Shown here: one piece after another, positions 14,001 to 26,300 of the stretch
Numbering within the stretch: position 1 is the first letter of the stretch
Layout of the letters: every line of letters starts with the position of its first letter
Source of the DNA: Amoebophrya sp. A120
Lineage: Eukaryota > Protista > Dinoflagellata
Direction: 5' to 3'
DNA length: 64,000 nt
Assembly: GCA_905178155.1 (NCBI GenBank)
Contig: CAJINV010000022.1
Span: forward strand, 186,001-250,000
Made by a program: the position numbers and the translations under genes
Notes under the pieces: model-generated
What the model saw: only the letters and a program-made list of their open reading frames with translations
Told to the model about the DNA's origin: nothing
The model's database searches: none

Positions 14001-16563
14001 CGATGTAGCCCCCGCTGAGGACGAGGGATATAATACGACCGCAAGGAGGACTGCATCTGCAATGCCTTCTACTGTAACTACACATGCTGAAGCACAATTA
14101 CAGCAGCAGCACCAGCAGCTGGGCATGCAACCGTCCTCCGAGGTTGCTGCTGGTGTTGCAGCAACAAATCAGCAAATGCTGCAGATCCTCGGAGACCACC
14201 CAGTAGCAAGCGCAAGCCAAGAACGGCACCAGCCTTTACTGGAACAACGACAACGAGAAGATGAACGAGAGGAGCGAGGACCAGCTCAGCCAAATGTCAC
14301 TTGTCCCCGCCGACTCGCACAGCGAGCCGCAGGAACTGCCCAGCAGTGCGTCGGAACTGCCCGACAGTGCGTCAGAACTGCCCGACAGTGCGTTGGCCGA
14401 TATTATCCCCGCCGACGCTGTCGTCGTCGAAGAACCTCTACTACACCGGACGCGAGACAAGTTCGCCGTTCAAGTACCTGGCCCCCGGTCGCGGGGCCGC
14501 GGGCGGCGCAACATGGTCAAGAATTGGTCAACACAGCCTTATCCCAGCTAGCGGAAGTTGTCACAGAGGCCTCTTCCTACCAGCAAATCGTTGCCAACGG
14601 GCTGCAAATCTACACGCAGCTCGCGGGGTATGATGTGGCTGGACTGGAAAATTGGCAAGAGGGAAGCTGGAAAAGCTGGAAAAACCCCTCCGGTCGTGCA
14701 CGAAGGCCACTTGGACCCCGTGCTCGGTCTGCTTCTACTGGACGTGTTCCACCGCGTGGATCTTCCTCACAGCGGGGTTCAAGAAGTCCCGGAAGAGACG
14801 AGCTGCAACCGCGAATAACCCGGCGCACGAGCAGCTCGCACTCTCCATCTGCACTGCGAACTGTCCCAACTACGCCACACACAAAGTCGCCCCTCGGCGT
14901 ACTTGGGCAACAATTGGCAGTACAGCACCAGGCCCGGGTCGAGCGCGGAATCAGCACAGCGACTGTAAGCAGTATTGGAGGCGGGGCCCTGACACCTCGT
15001 GCTGGAGGGGAGCAGACCACACCGAGAGTAGTGGAAGAGGGACGTTTTTGTTTTTCGATGCCAGGGCTCCTACACGACCAAGCAGTGGCAACATCCACAC
15101 AAGAACTCGGAACAAGTAGTGAAGATCAAGATCAGCAGCTCCACCAACCTCAGCCCAAAAAAGCGGTGCGTCAGTCGTCGGTCCTCGAACCACTCCCCCT
15201 TCCTGTCCGCAGTAGTTATACGCCGCCGGCGTCAAGAGCAACGTCAGAAGCGGAGTTCCGCACACCTGAACACGGAAACACTCCGCCTCCAGAGCTGCAG
15301 GAGGACATCAACGATCATCCTGCTCGCCCTCCATCGTTGCTGAGTCCAAGAACAATTCGCCGAACCCCGTCCGCAGACTCAAGCTCGAGGTTCTCGACAA
15401 GTGGAGGCCTTTCCGGAACAGAACTAGAAACTCCTGCGAGCGTGCGGCGTGAGAGGCTCGATACCGTCGCTCCACTCCGTCAGTTTCCTCCCGCCCACGG
15501 CCCTCCTCCTGTGGACTCATGGGGAAGTAGTAGCTCGGGTAGTAGTTCTGCTGCTGGGTTTATTACCCAGGGGTGCAGAATCGATTTCCTCGACAGCGAC
15601 ACCTTTTCCCTTGCAGACACCATGATTCCACCCGACCCCGAGTCCCTGTCGCGCAACACGTCACTGGAGGGAGGCGTCCCGTCGCGACTACCTAGTGCAA
15701 CTTTGTCAGCGCCGAGAGATTCTCCACAGTCCCTCTGGGGAAGTCCAGGCTTTTCTTTTCCAACTCATAGTGGCGAAACAAGGGCCGACAGCGACTCGCC
15801 GACCGCGAGAACTCCTTCCATACCGGAAGTAGAACCGCGAGCAGGAGCAGGCTCTTCGCTGCGAAAGGCGACGATGTCCTGGTTCGAGAAAAAGCTGCAG
15901 GAAGCGGCTGGCTTAGTCGGCGGAGCTTGGTCGACGTCGAATGCGCCGAGCACCGATGTTGAGGGTATGAATTATGGTACTGGAAGCTGGCGAAGTATGG
16001 CTAGTGCCAGTACGGCGGCTGGCGCTGGCGGCTCCAGCTTCTCCGATGCAGAAGACCATCAACATGGGTGGTCCTTTTCTTCCTCACGTGGGGGACGAGG
16101 TCCTGCGATACTAGCGCCACCATCTCCCACGGATTCGTCCTTTCGAGTCCTGCCAGATTCCAACTCACCGGCAGGTGGAAGCAGCCCGCCCGCGGGCGGG
16201 GGATCGTTTGACCTGTCGTCTGTTGTGCAGCCGCCGGCGAGCAAAAGCAAGGGCAAAACGAAAAGCAGAAATAGAACCAGAAGTGGATCACCCGCCTCGT
16301 CTTCTCCCTCTGCCGCTCATCTCGACAGGCGGTTACTAGGCACCTCCGCTCCGCCCGCACCACCGCAATCTCCGAGACAAGAACCTGCATCTGGAAGTAC
16401 GGACCCATCAAGCCCACATTCCGACTCAGTCCCCGATGCGAGAGCAAGAAGCACTCCGGTGGAAGACGAACATCACAGTGGAGCAGCCTCGTCTGGAGGG
16501 GTTACTTATTATAGGAGAAGAGCCGTCGAGATTTCAATTTCCTACCACGGCAGGAAGTGTTGA
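8058..16563 (+). CDS. Very large Ser/Arg-rich hypothetical protein with possible N-terminal signal peptide; 3 exons
   Basis: ORFs 7881, 10119 and 12550 join in frame after removing introners 9463-9724 and 12237-12544 (MTE|RTLSNS; FPR|VPKL). Start MKMLPSRGILLTLWTFL is my choice; upstream starts are possible. Confidence 0.75.
9463..9724. mobile_element. Introner, family A
   Basis: tatcaaatgtaaaagtgtctgggtctggaaga TIR; TSD agaaa/agaaa. Confidence 0.95.
12237..12544. mobile_element. Introner, family D (tatgg..gtgtcaggattgaaatcg TIR)
   Basis: TIR at both ends; TSD cccgt/cccgt. Confidence 0.95.
14333..14395 (+). repeat. Coding tandem repeat, 21 bp x3 (GTARQCV)
   Basis: gaactgccc(ag/ga)cagtgcgt repeated three times. 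Confidence 0.9.
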
Positions 16564-17945
16564 TTTTCACCAACGGAGATCTGGATCACCCACAACCTAG
16601 ACGGAGGACTAAGACTAATATGTCGTGTGTGATGGTAGTACATGAAAAATGCGTCGTGTGTACATGATTGATGTGAAGATATTAGATGCAGTTGTTGTAG
16701 TGAGCACGTGCGACAAGTTCAAGTGACCTGATTTTCTGTAGAATAGTGAATGACAAGGAGTTGTATTCATGATGACGAGCAGGCTTCACTGTAACTGTAA
16801 CTGTTTGAAAATTTGTGATGTTGATGAGAGACACACACGTGCACGTCGAAAAGACCACTACACAACGACCAAGACACAACATACGAGGTGTGCACAGTAA
16901 AACTGAACAGACGACAGCACTTTATTTATAGATACAAAGTTCTACAAGCAAGAGCAACACGAAAGGCCATGCATAAAAACGACACTCTAGCTGTACAATG
17001 ATTTCAATGAATTCAAGCACGTGGCTGCGGCTCACCCTCGAGTCACTTTTCACTAGCGGATAAGATTATATATTATTTTGTCTATTGGAAAGTGCACCGG
17101 AGCGTCAAAAACATGTTGGCTTTCGAATGGTTTTAGACAGTAGCATAAGATGTTGGATGTCGAGAAGAATCAAAGGAACCAAAAATCGAGTGCGTGTGCG
17201 ATTCGGCATCGGAAAAATGTCGGCATCGACAAGATTTATAAGATTTGACTGGTTTGGGCACAGGCTGCAACTTCATCTCCGTTGCCGCATACTGTTCTTT
17301 GCGAGCCAACGCTTTTGGTCGTGTTCCCTCCGTTGCGAAACGATCGACGATACGACGGTGGATGGCGTCGTAGATCCGCTTTTACTCTGGTGTTTCACCC
17401 TTGTTCTGGGCTGACATTGAGGAACAAACTCAAACGCTATTCGGAAGATTCGAGTTCTGCAGTCAAGATCCCGCCCTAGTGGTAGAACACATCCCTGATG
17501 CCGGATCTGAGACCACACAGCAAGCGTGCCGAAGATCATTCTAACGACGAAGCGCCACCAAGGCGAGATCCAGACTGACAAGTACAACTAGAAATAAACT
17601 GTTACCGCGTAAACGACTAATGCAGAGAACACGCAACAAAACAAACCTCCATTAGGATCATTTTCAACGTAAGTTGTACATCAAAACCACCTTCAGGCGG
17701 CATACATTATTTGATGAAGAAACTATATGTCGATGGATTTAATAGGTCGTGAGCGTTCGCGTGTCTTTTTTGAATTTACACAACACTCAATATTGTGCCG
17801 CTTTTGATGCCTGTAAAAACGAAAATAAAATCCTACCTACTTGTTTGCTTTCTGCGAAACCATTTATTTTTTTGAGAACAAACGCTAACGCACGCCGGCG
17901 CTTCCATTGTCTATATATCAATCAGTACCTCTCAACGTCCGGAGA

Positions 17946-19518
17946 ATGAAAATGCCGTCGGCTATCACGACCACTAGATCAGCAGTGACTGATCGAGACG
18001 ACACGCAGCAACGTTGCACCGCCGTCTTGAACAAAGCGCGAAAACGACATCAAAACTACGCAAAAATGCGACAGAGCAATCGCCGGCCAGCGTCTCTTCC
18101 TCTTGTTATGGCCGCAGCAGGAGCACTGTCGTCCCTACCTGTTTTGATGTTCCCAAGCGCAAGCGCAATATCGCTACGACCGCTGAAGCCGGTGCTTCAG
18201 CAACAGCTTCAGACTGACAAGATCAAGAGTGCTACAAACACGATCCCTGCTGTTGATGCTGTTGAAAATGACGAGTCGCACTTGTTTGAGGATTGCCTGG
18301 ACGAAGATGTTGATGCCAGAGCAGCATGCGCTAGTACTCCTGCTCGAGAGAAAAACAACGACCTTGATGTGAGCAGCCCCTCCAGCCCGGTCTCCAGTCA
18401 ACAGTCGGACGAAATGCCGACAGACACCGAAGACCAGCAAAACGACGGTCATGCTATGAACGACTACCTCCTTCGTCGAAGAGATTCCAAGACCTCCATC
18501 GGAGGTAGCTCAACAGCCACTACTGGGACGACGCTTGGCGGCGGTGTTTTCAGCATGTTGAAACGTGTTGTTGCGCAAGACATCAACACGGATGCCACGA
18601 CGAGAACGAGATCGTTTGGCGGAACGAAAGGCAGTGATGCGATGTCTGATTCTACTTCCGAAGACGAGGGCATTAACCAATCGTCTCCGTCGTTCAGCAA
18701 CAGCACGCACGAAGGAGAGGGTGGTGCACGTCTTCAAGACTTCGCTGGCGAGGACTCCGAGGACGAGGAGGACCTCTTCTTCGACGGTGCATATATCAAA
18801 CAACTTGAAGAACAGAAGCAAGAGCAGCTCCGACGCGACCGGGAAGTAGATCCAGACCAGCTGGAATCCTTCGATGGGTTGTTTTTGCAACAGCATGAAA
18901 AACAAGTACGGGAACAACGAGTAGAGAGGTTGCAACAGTGGTTGGAGGATTGCAGAACACGAGTTGGTGTGGCCGGAGCAAGAGACAGGGACGAAGAGGG
19001 TAGTAGCACCAATAGCACATCCACGAGAAGCAGCACCTCACCCTCCGCCGAGGACCCGCGGCACGTTGACGATGGCTGCTCCAGCAGCGCTTTTCAAAAT
19101 GGTTTGTCCAAAAAAGATCACTCTTTTCTCGAGTGGTACTTCCACCACGGCGGGAGTTATCACAGGAAAAAGTGCTAACGTTTACGGAATTTGATATGCG
19201 GCAATGCATCACAATCACAAAACGTGCCCAAATTTGTCATGCATAGCATGCATACTAGGCTGAATTTGTGAAGCATGGATGCATTCTGTGAAAACCGTAA
19301 ACGTTAAAACTTTTCTTTGTGATAGAAGTGACAGCGAAATGATGCAAACCATCTTTGAACAGCAAAGAGAAACGGCCCGCGAAGACTGGCAAAGATCATT
19401 GGCGAGGAAGCAACTTTTGAACAGGAAACGGCTTGTGAAGTGGTGCGCGGGGCTCGGCGTGTTGGCGGCTTCGTGCGGTGCGATACAGAGCGTCGTAGGT
19501 GGGTGTTCTCCGCAATAG
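17946..19518 (+). CDS. Hypothetical acidic protein with N-terminal and C-terminal hydrophobic segments; 2 exons
   Basis: ORF 17907 joins ORF 19279 after removing 19158-19324 (HGGS|DSEMMQ); hydrophobic C-terminus WCAGLGVLAASCGAIQSVVGG. Confidence 0.75.
19158..19324. mobile_element. Introner, family F (tatcacaggaaaaagtg TIR)
   Basis: TIR at both ends; TSD ggagt/gaagt. Confidence 0.9.
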
Positions 19519-20578
19519 GAGCGGTTGCGGGGAATGGAGCATCTCCCTGTCTAATATTACGATGAAATAAATCTCTACTAACTGTATACAAATATTTTTT
19601 CTGGATTTGTTTCGACACATGATGTTCCACCCGCTTGCAATATGTTCAACGAGAATTATATATCCCTTGTGGTCATATTGTCTTTTCGTGTGACTGGTGC
19701 GGGACAAAGGAATACAACCAATATTGCAAATCTTAATCTCCGAGTTGTATTGTCCGTGCAAAAAGAATACAGCCTGATGAAGTTTCTTTGCGAATGCAAT
19801 TTTTCCATGATTTCCATGAATATTGCGTCGTTTCGCGGCCACGAGACCAGCAGGCAACATTGCATTTGGTGTTTTCTAACTTGTTCTCGATATCGACAAT
19901 TTTCATGATTTTTTTTTTGACAACTTTCGAGCTTTTATTTTGCTGATTTTTTTGGAGACGATAGACAACACCTAAATGCCCACCTAGTAGCTTTATTAGC
20001 CCAGCAAAGGAGCAAAGAACATCTGTGATCCCGATCAAACGGCAGCCTTTTCCTTTTGTTGTTTGAACACAGCGACTTCGATATGTTGTATGATTATCGA
20101 ATAGAAGCCGCGGCCAGCACAGTTGTACACAGCCTCAGCCTATTTTTCACTTTCGCACTCCACATGATGAAGTAAAATCTTTGTAAAATGTCCGTGTTTC
20201 GCATTCGCTCGTAAGAAGCTAACATACGCCAGTAGAACGATGTAGAATTACACACCACAAAGGAAAACTAAAAAACACACGAGAACTTCGCAAACAGCCA
20301 CTGTCACTGATCTTCAAAATGTAGAATCAACAGGGGCATCAGGCTTTTTACAAGCAGCGCCGCACAATATACTGATTTCGTTAACGAAAAAATAGCGTCT
20401 AAGAAAACGACCTTTGGCTCGTCCATACATTCCGCTTGTGAAGACCGCAGTGCGCAGGCATTGTTCTCGTTTCCGCATGCTCAACGTTTTTCCGCGTGGT
20501 CCGCGTTTAGCTCTGCGCTTCCGACGAGGACTCAGCAGCCGTACAACTTCCCTCGTCTGCGCCTCGTGTCGGAACAAA

Positions 20579-22739
20579 ATGATAAAGCCTTTCGCTACGG
20601 TGGCGTATCCGCAGGCTGCAAGAAAGGTCGGTTTTCAAGAACAAAGCAGGAGCGCATCTTCTTCGTCTTCCGCTTCAAGTGCTGCTGGAACTTGTAGGTT
20701 GTTCCCACCACCATCTTCTTCTGAAGATCCATCAAAACATCAAAAACCAAAAACCATTGCCGATCTTGTTGCCATCGCCAAGGCGAGACGGAATAAGGAA
20801 AGCAGCGACCAAGTTGCAGAACTGTCTCCCTTCGAGGAAGTTGTGACTGCGCCGCAGAAGAAAACAAAGACCACTTCTGGGTCGGTAGAAACAGCAGCAA
20901 CTACTACTACGTCTCCCGTCGAGCCAGTAGCTTCCCCGTCGAATATCACCAGTTCCACGCAAGAGGGCGACGCAGGTCGAGCTGCGTCAGAACAGGCACC
21001 TGCCAAGCCAACGACCCGTCGTCGCGCCGGCGTCGCTTGTTTGCTACGGAGAGGGAAAGAAGAACATCAAGATCATGCTGGACAAGCCCGCAGTACCGAA
21101 GCTAGTGAAACAGAAACAGGTACAACAGTATCCACAGTAAATTTCTTGTACACGTACAGATGCGGTCTCTGCATGACAAAACTTGGCTTCGACCGTAGTT
21201 TAGCATGACAAGTTTTACACTCCAAATTGGTGAAATTTGTGATGCATGTTGTACATGTACGGGAAATTTGTATTGCATAAACAGCATTATCAAGAAACTA
21301 CGAGGTCTTTCTTATACTCCGACAACAGTTGAGAAACGACCCGTGGTCCGGGCAGGTCGCCTTTCCCGGCGGCAAGTCGGAGAAGGATGAAAGTTTGCTT
21401 AACCTGTGCAAAAGCATCGTACTCGTAGCAATTCCAATTGCATTTATGCATTACATACAAATCAAAATCTCTTTCTTAAGCTGTATCCGCATGACAAATT
21501 CCATTTGGCATGCTGAGCTAATTTGTAATGCAATACTACGAGTGCAATACTATACTTTTGCAATTCATATTGCTGGAAACCTGCCTTCGCGAAGTGAAAG
21601 AAGAAGTGGGCATCGACTTGGAAAAAAACAAATCCGCCCACTTCGTCTGCGCTTTAGATCCTATTTCCGTCGCGAAATCCCTCGACGTGTGGTGTCTCGT
21701 GTTTGAGATCGCGGAAGAGGAAAATCATGACAAAAAAACACAGAAGATGAGCAAGAAAATCAAACTGCAGCAGTCCGAAGTCCAGGCGGCCGGGTGGTTC
21801 GACTTGATCAAAAACGGAAAGCCCGCAACCCTCCGCACCGACCTCCGCGAGCACAAAACCTTCACGAAACTTGCGGAATCCAGCTACGGGTTTGTCTCCC
21901 CCGAGTTGCTGCATAGAGTAACGTATCCTGTGCAAAAGTATTGTACTCGTATTGTAATCATGCATTACAAATTTTCTTCTCGATGTAAATCCGCATTACA
22001 AATTTAATTTCTCATGCTGAGGGAATTTGTAATGCTTTTATACGAGTGCGATACTTTCGCACAGGATATAATTGAGTTATTCGGCCTTCACGAAGCGGCG
22101 TTCTCCGGCCAAGTCTGCTTACCGACGGAACTGTATGCGATAGAGCGATCGGGGTCGAAAGCGAAAACGGAGACGGCAGATTTTGCGACAGTGGAAGAGG
22201 AATTCAAGTTAAGTTGGAAAACGCAAGAATACCCGGTGAACGTCTCCGGCTGGAACCCGGGGAAGGTCAAGGGAATGCTGCGAAACGCGATCAAGAATTT
22301 AACGAATTTCACCGCTGTCACGGGAGTTTGCGGAGACAGGGATTTGATCCAACTGCAGCTTTTGGAGAAAAATCCGTTTTTATTGTGGGGTTTGACGCAA
22401 CAACTGCTCGACATGGTGATAAGTAGGACGAACTTACCGAAACCAATGAAGCCGGAGACGAAATTTTTCGGAAAAAAATACGCGAAACGGTTCGGCAGTT
22501 CCTACCACGATATTCTCTTCGGACTGACCATGCAGAAACACCTGCAGAAAGACCGACACTGGCTGGACTTGTGGCAAAGGTACTTTCAGTTTCACGTCGC
22601 GGTTCTGTGTTGTGGAGCGGTGGGGGTCGGCGGTGTGGGGTTGGGCGTATTTTGGAAGTGGTATTTTGGTGGATCTGGGAAGACGAGAAGTAGACCTGGA
22701 ACTGAAACTGATTTAGCGCCACCGGAGGCCAGACTGTAG
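20579..22739 (+). CDS. Nudix hydrolase, CoA-pyrophosphatase-like (NUDT7/NUDT8/PCD1 type), with C-terminal hydrophobic segment; 4 exons
   Basis: Spliced product reads RRRAGVACLLR...FLILRQQLRNDPWSGQVAFPGGKSEKDESLLETCLREVKEEVGI, an exact Nudix box GX5EX7REUXEEXGU. Confidence 0.9.
21129..21279. mobile_element. Introner, family E (tatccacagtaaatttc TIR)
   Basis: TSD aacag/aacag. Confidence 0.92.
21400..21569. mobile_element. Introner, family B (tgcaaaagtatcgtactcgta TIR), inside the Nudix box
   Basis: taacctgtgcaaaag...cttttgcaattcata; TSD ttgct/ttgct. Confidence 0.92.
21924..22068. mobile_element. Introner, family B
   Basis: tatcctgtgc...gcacaggata; TSD taacg/taatt. Confidence 0.9.
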
Positions 22740-23340
22740 GGAGGAACTCAGTGTCAGTTGTACTTCAAATTGATTTAACGCACTGCACAGTTCTATCGAA
22801 ATACTTAAATTCGAGCCACTTCATCCCAGAACACACTGGTGATCGCGGACATCTGAGATTATTCACATTGTTGTTTCTCCGTGGTCCACCTGTTGTTTTC
22901 TTTCCTTTCGTGAATTGAGTGTCAGCACGCAGCTACTTGCCTGCTTGGTGGAGGGGACGTCGAGAGCGCTTTTTTTCTAAACGCTCTAGTGCAGGAAGGA
23001 TTTTTGCGCTTTTTTTTGTTTTTGTTCAGAGAGCAGAAGGGCGCGGGGAAAAAACATGTGGGCAGTAGCTGGGAATTATGGGCATGGGAGTATTAACATA
23101 TTGCACTGATGCACTTTTTTTTGAACGCCACACGAAAGTGTGGTGTCCTCTACGTTTCCATACATCGATGGAGATTTTGTCGTAAGACGAGCGACTAGGT
23201 AGAAGTAGCTAGTAAACGCGGGCTAGATGCTGTAGACCACGCACGGAGAATTTTCCACTTGCGGTCCGCATTTGTTCGACTTCACTTGTTCTGGTCTACT
23301 TGCCGATTTATTTACGTTTAGATCGCGATCACCTACCAGG

Positions 23341-26300
23341 ATGAATGTCATGTCGCCGCCTCTGCTAGAGAAAAATCTTCCCATGGAGCAGCAGCACCAG
23401 CAGTCGGTGCCACTGCTCGATGATCACAATCTAGAGCACCACCGCTCGGCCTCCGGTATGGCAACTAACAACAATCACCACTCCGCGTCCATCGCCGTTG
23501 CGAACGGGTCCTCGCAACTCCTCCAATTCGCCACTGCGGTCTTTGAAGACATCGATTCCGCGTCGAAATTTGGCTGCAAGGCGATTTTCGAGTCGTTGCA
23601 GCCACTTGGGATAGACACGGTGGAACTCTTCTCCGTTTACCCCATCTCCCGAGAGCAAATCGGCTACGAAAATGTTTTTCTCGGCGAGAAGATGTCGATA
23701 GTCAACGACGAGATGCAGCTGACGGACTGGGAAATCACGCTGTTGGAATCCATCTACGCTTCGGAGTTGGAAGAAGTTGTCGCTGCCCCGAAAGAGCGGA
23801 AAACCATCATCAGAGCGGGCGAGCTGAAGAGCAGTGGAAGTTTGAAGCTTTTTGACGCAGCAGGAGCAAATAAAGATCGAACGAAAGACACAATTACAAC
23901 TGCGGATTACACAACAGCCCCCACTTCCAACAAACGGTCTTCCCCACTGGATTCCCCCCACGATTCCGTATCGATTGAGGCGGATAATGACAGCAAGGTG
24001 GAGTTCGACCAGAACGACTACTATTTGGAATCCGCTCTCCACCGGAAGGAGATGGTGGAGGTGAAGAATCAGAAAACATATCTCTACACGGTGTACGTTC
24101 CGATTCTCTGCCAGGGCAGCGTTTATGACAGTGCACAACTACCCCTCCCTCTCATTTGTAAGTATTGCATGGACAGCACTACAAACACCGCCACACGTGG
24201 AGCCTGTGCATGACAAATCCATGCGCCTAGTGTAGTACTGTTTGGGCTTCCGGAATCTGTGATGCAAACAGTGCCACAGGGAAGCACTTGGATTCGGGGT
24301 TTTGCATGACAAATGAGGGGCAGGGATAGTTGTGCACTCTCATAGCGTTGGTGGGTTGTTCATTATCAAGACCTTGAAGAAAGTTTTGCCGGAGTTCACG
24401 GCGAGTGCGACTGTGGTTCCGGATGTTCCAGCAGCTCTTGCGGTATCAAATGTAAAAATGTCTGGGTCTGCAAGAGTCATGCTGTTTCTGCATGACGCAG
24501 AAGGTCTGGCATGGAAGCCCTAGCATCACAGGTTTCGAGAAGCTTCCGCAATGCCGAACCCGCATGACAAATCCCCCATTTTGGTGACAGAAAGTGGGCA
24601 GCTTTTGCCACCTATACATGAGAGATTTTTTCGTGTTCTGAAATGCGCATCACAGGTAACATCCTTCCAGACCCAGACATTTGTTCACTTGATATGCGGG
24701 CGGGGGAGCTGCTGCACATCCGGCTTCCGTAACGAATTCGAAACAACTCGGTTCGCGTGTGAGCCAGAACGAATCAGTCAATTCGGGTTCTTATCCTGTG
24801 CAAAAGTATCGTATTCGTATGAGTGCAATTCTTGCATTGCAAATCTTTATCTTAAGGGAAATCCGCATTCCAAATTTTCTTTTTCATGCTGAGGAAATTT
24901 GTATATGCATTTATACGAGTACGATACTTTTGCAGTTCATAGCTCTAGCTCGTCCAACACCGCCGGGGCAGCCTCGTCGTCCGCGGTGACAACCAACTCG
25001 GGAACGGCAATGATGAAGCCAGGATCAACATCTACTCCTGCAGCTAACAACAAGGAACCGCGGCCAAACTCTTCCGGCGGGGTAACAACAAGTTCTGTCG
25101 CAGCTGCTGCGCTAGAACAGCCGGTGATGCGGTACGTCCCGGGACAGTCGTCTTCTTATGGCGTTCTCAAACGTTACACTCTCAACTGTTACATGAGTTT
25201 GTCACGCAAAAGTACCTTGAGCCGGCAGATAATCGAGCTGCTTCGCATGACAAATATCGGAAGGGATAGACAGCATCTAAATCTGCGCCAAACTTGTAAT
25301 GCAAAAGTTGCAATCTTCCTCGTTTCACTTTTGCCAGTCTTGCATTGCAAATTCATGTAACACTTGAGAATGTAACATTTGAGAACTCCATACTTCTACG
25401 AGCAAGCTTGCGTTTCAGGCGGAATCTGGCACCGCACACCAACCTGGAGCTGGCACTAGTTCTACAACGAGTCAGCAAGACCACGGGCGGAAGATGAATC
25501 TTCAAGCTGTTGACGGCCACACGAGCAGCAGTAATAATGCTACCGACTTTGTCCCAGTGCGCAGTAAGCGGGCGTCCCTGACCGCTCCAAGTCCTATAGT
25601 AGCGTCGGCACTTTTCTGCGACTTCCAGCTGCAGGACGAGGTTGCGGCTGACCTCTTAAACAAATCCTTCACGGGGGCCTCGTCCCCGACGTCCGAGTTG
25701 TTTGTTGCTAGTACTAGCAATTTGAATTTCGTTCAACAACAAACGGTGAAAAATCAGAAAACTATGGAACAAGACGACAGCGCCTTACTTGCGCAGAAAC
25801 TGGACCAGATCAAAAACCGCTTTGACGCGAGTAACGCACTGTGGTCACTTCAATCCGTTTCCTCCTCCATGGCGCTGCACTGGACATTAGCAAGGGAGAA
25901 CACGAAGAAAATTCTGGTGAAATCGCTATCCGAGGTTATGGTGGAGTTGATCAAGCCCTGGGCGAATAACTACACGACGGTTAATTTCGATGATAAGAGC
26001 AAACAATTCTCCAGTTTCACAAATTCAGAACAACTGTTTCAGCAGCAAGCACAGGACGGAAACGGACCGACAAATGCGGTTGCGTGTGCCAGTGAGCAGA
26101 CAATCCAATCGAGCCAGATGATTCTGGAGCGGTATTGTTCGCTGATGCGGGCTATGCGTTGCAAAATTATCGTACTAGTTCTAGTAGAAATAGCATTACA
26201 AATTTTCCCAGAAAGAAAGATCGAATCTGTAATGCTGAAATACCTAAGAGGAGGAGTCCAGAAAATTTGTTATGCATAACTGCAATTACTACGAATACGT

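Noticed and set aside
23431-24138. Long antisense ORFs over the PDE, Sec14-like and HECT exons
   Set aside because: Antisense shadows of well-supported + strand exons.
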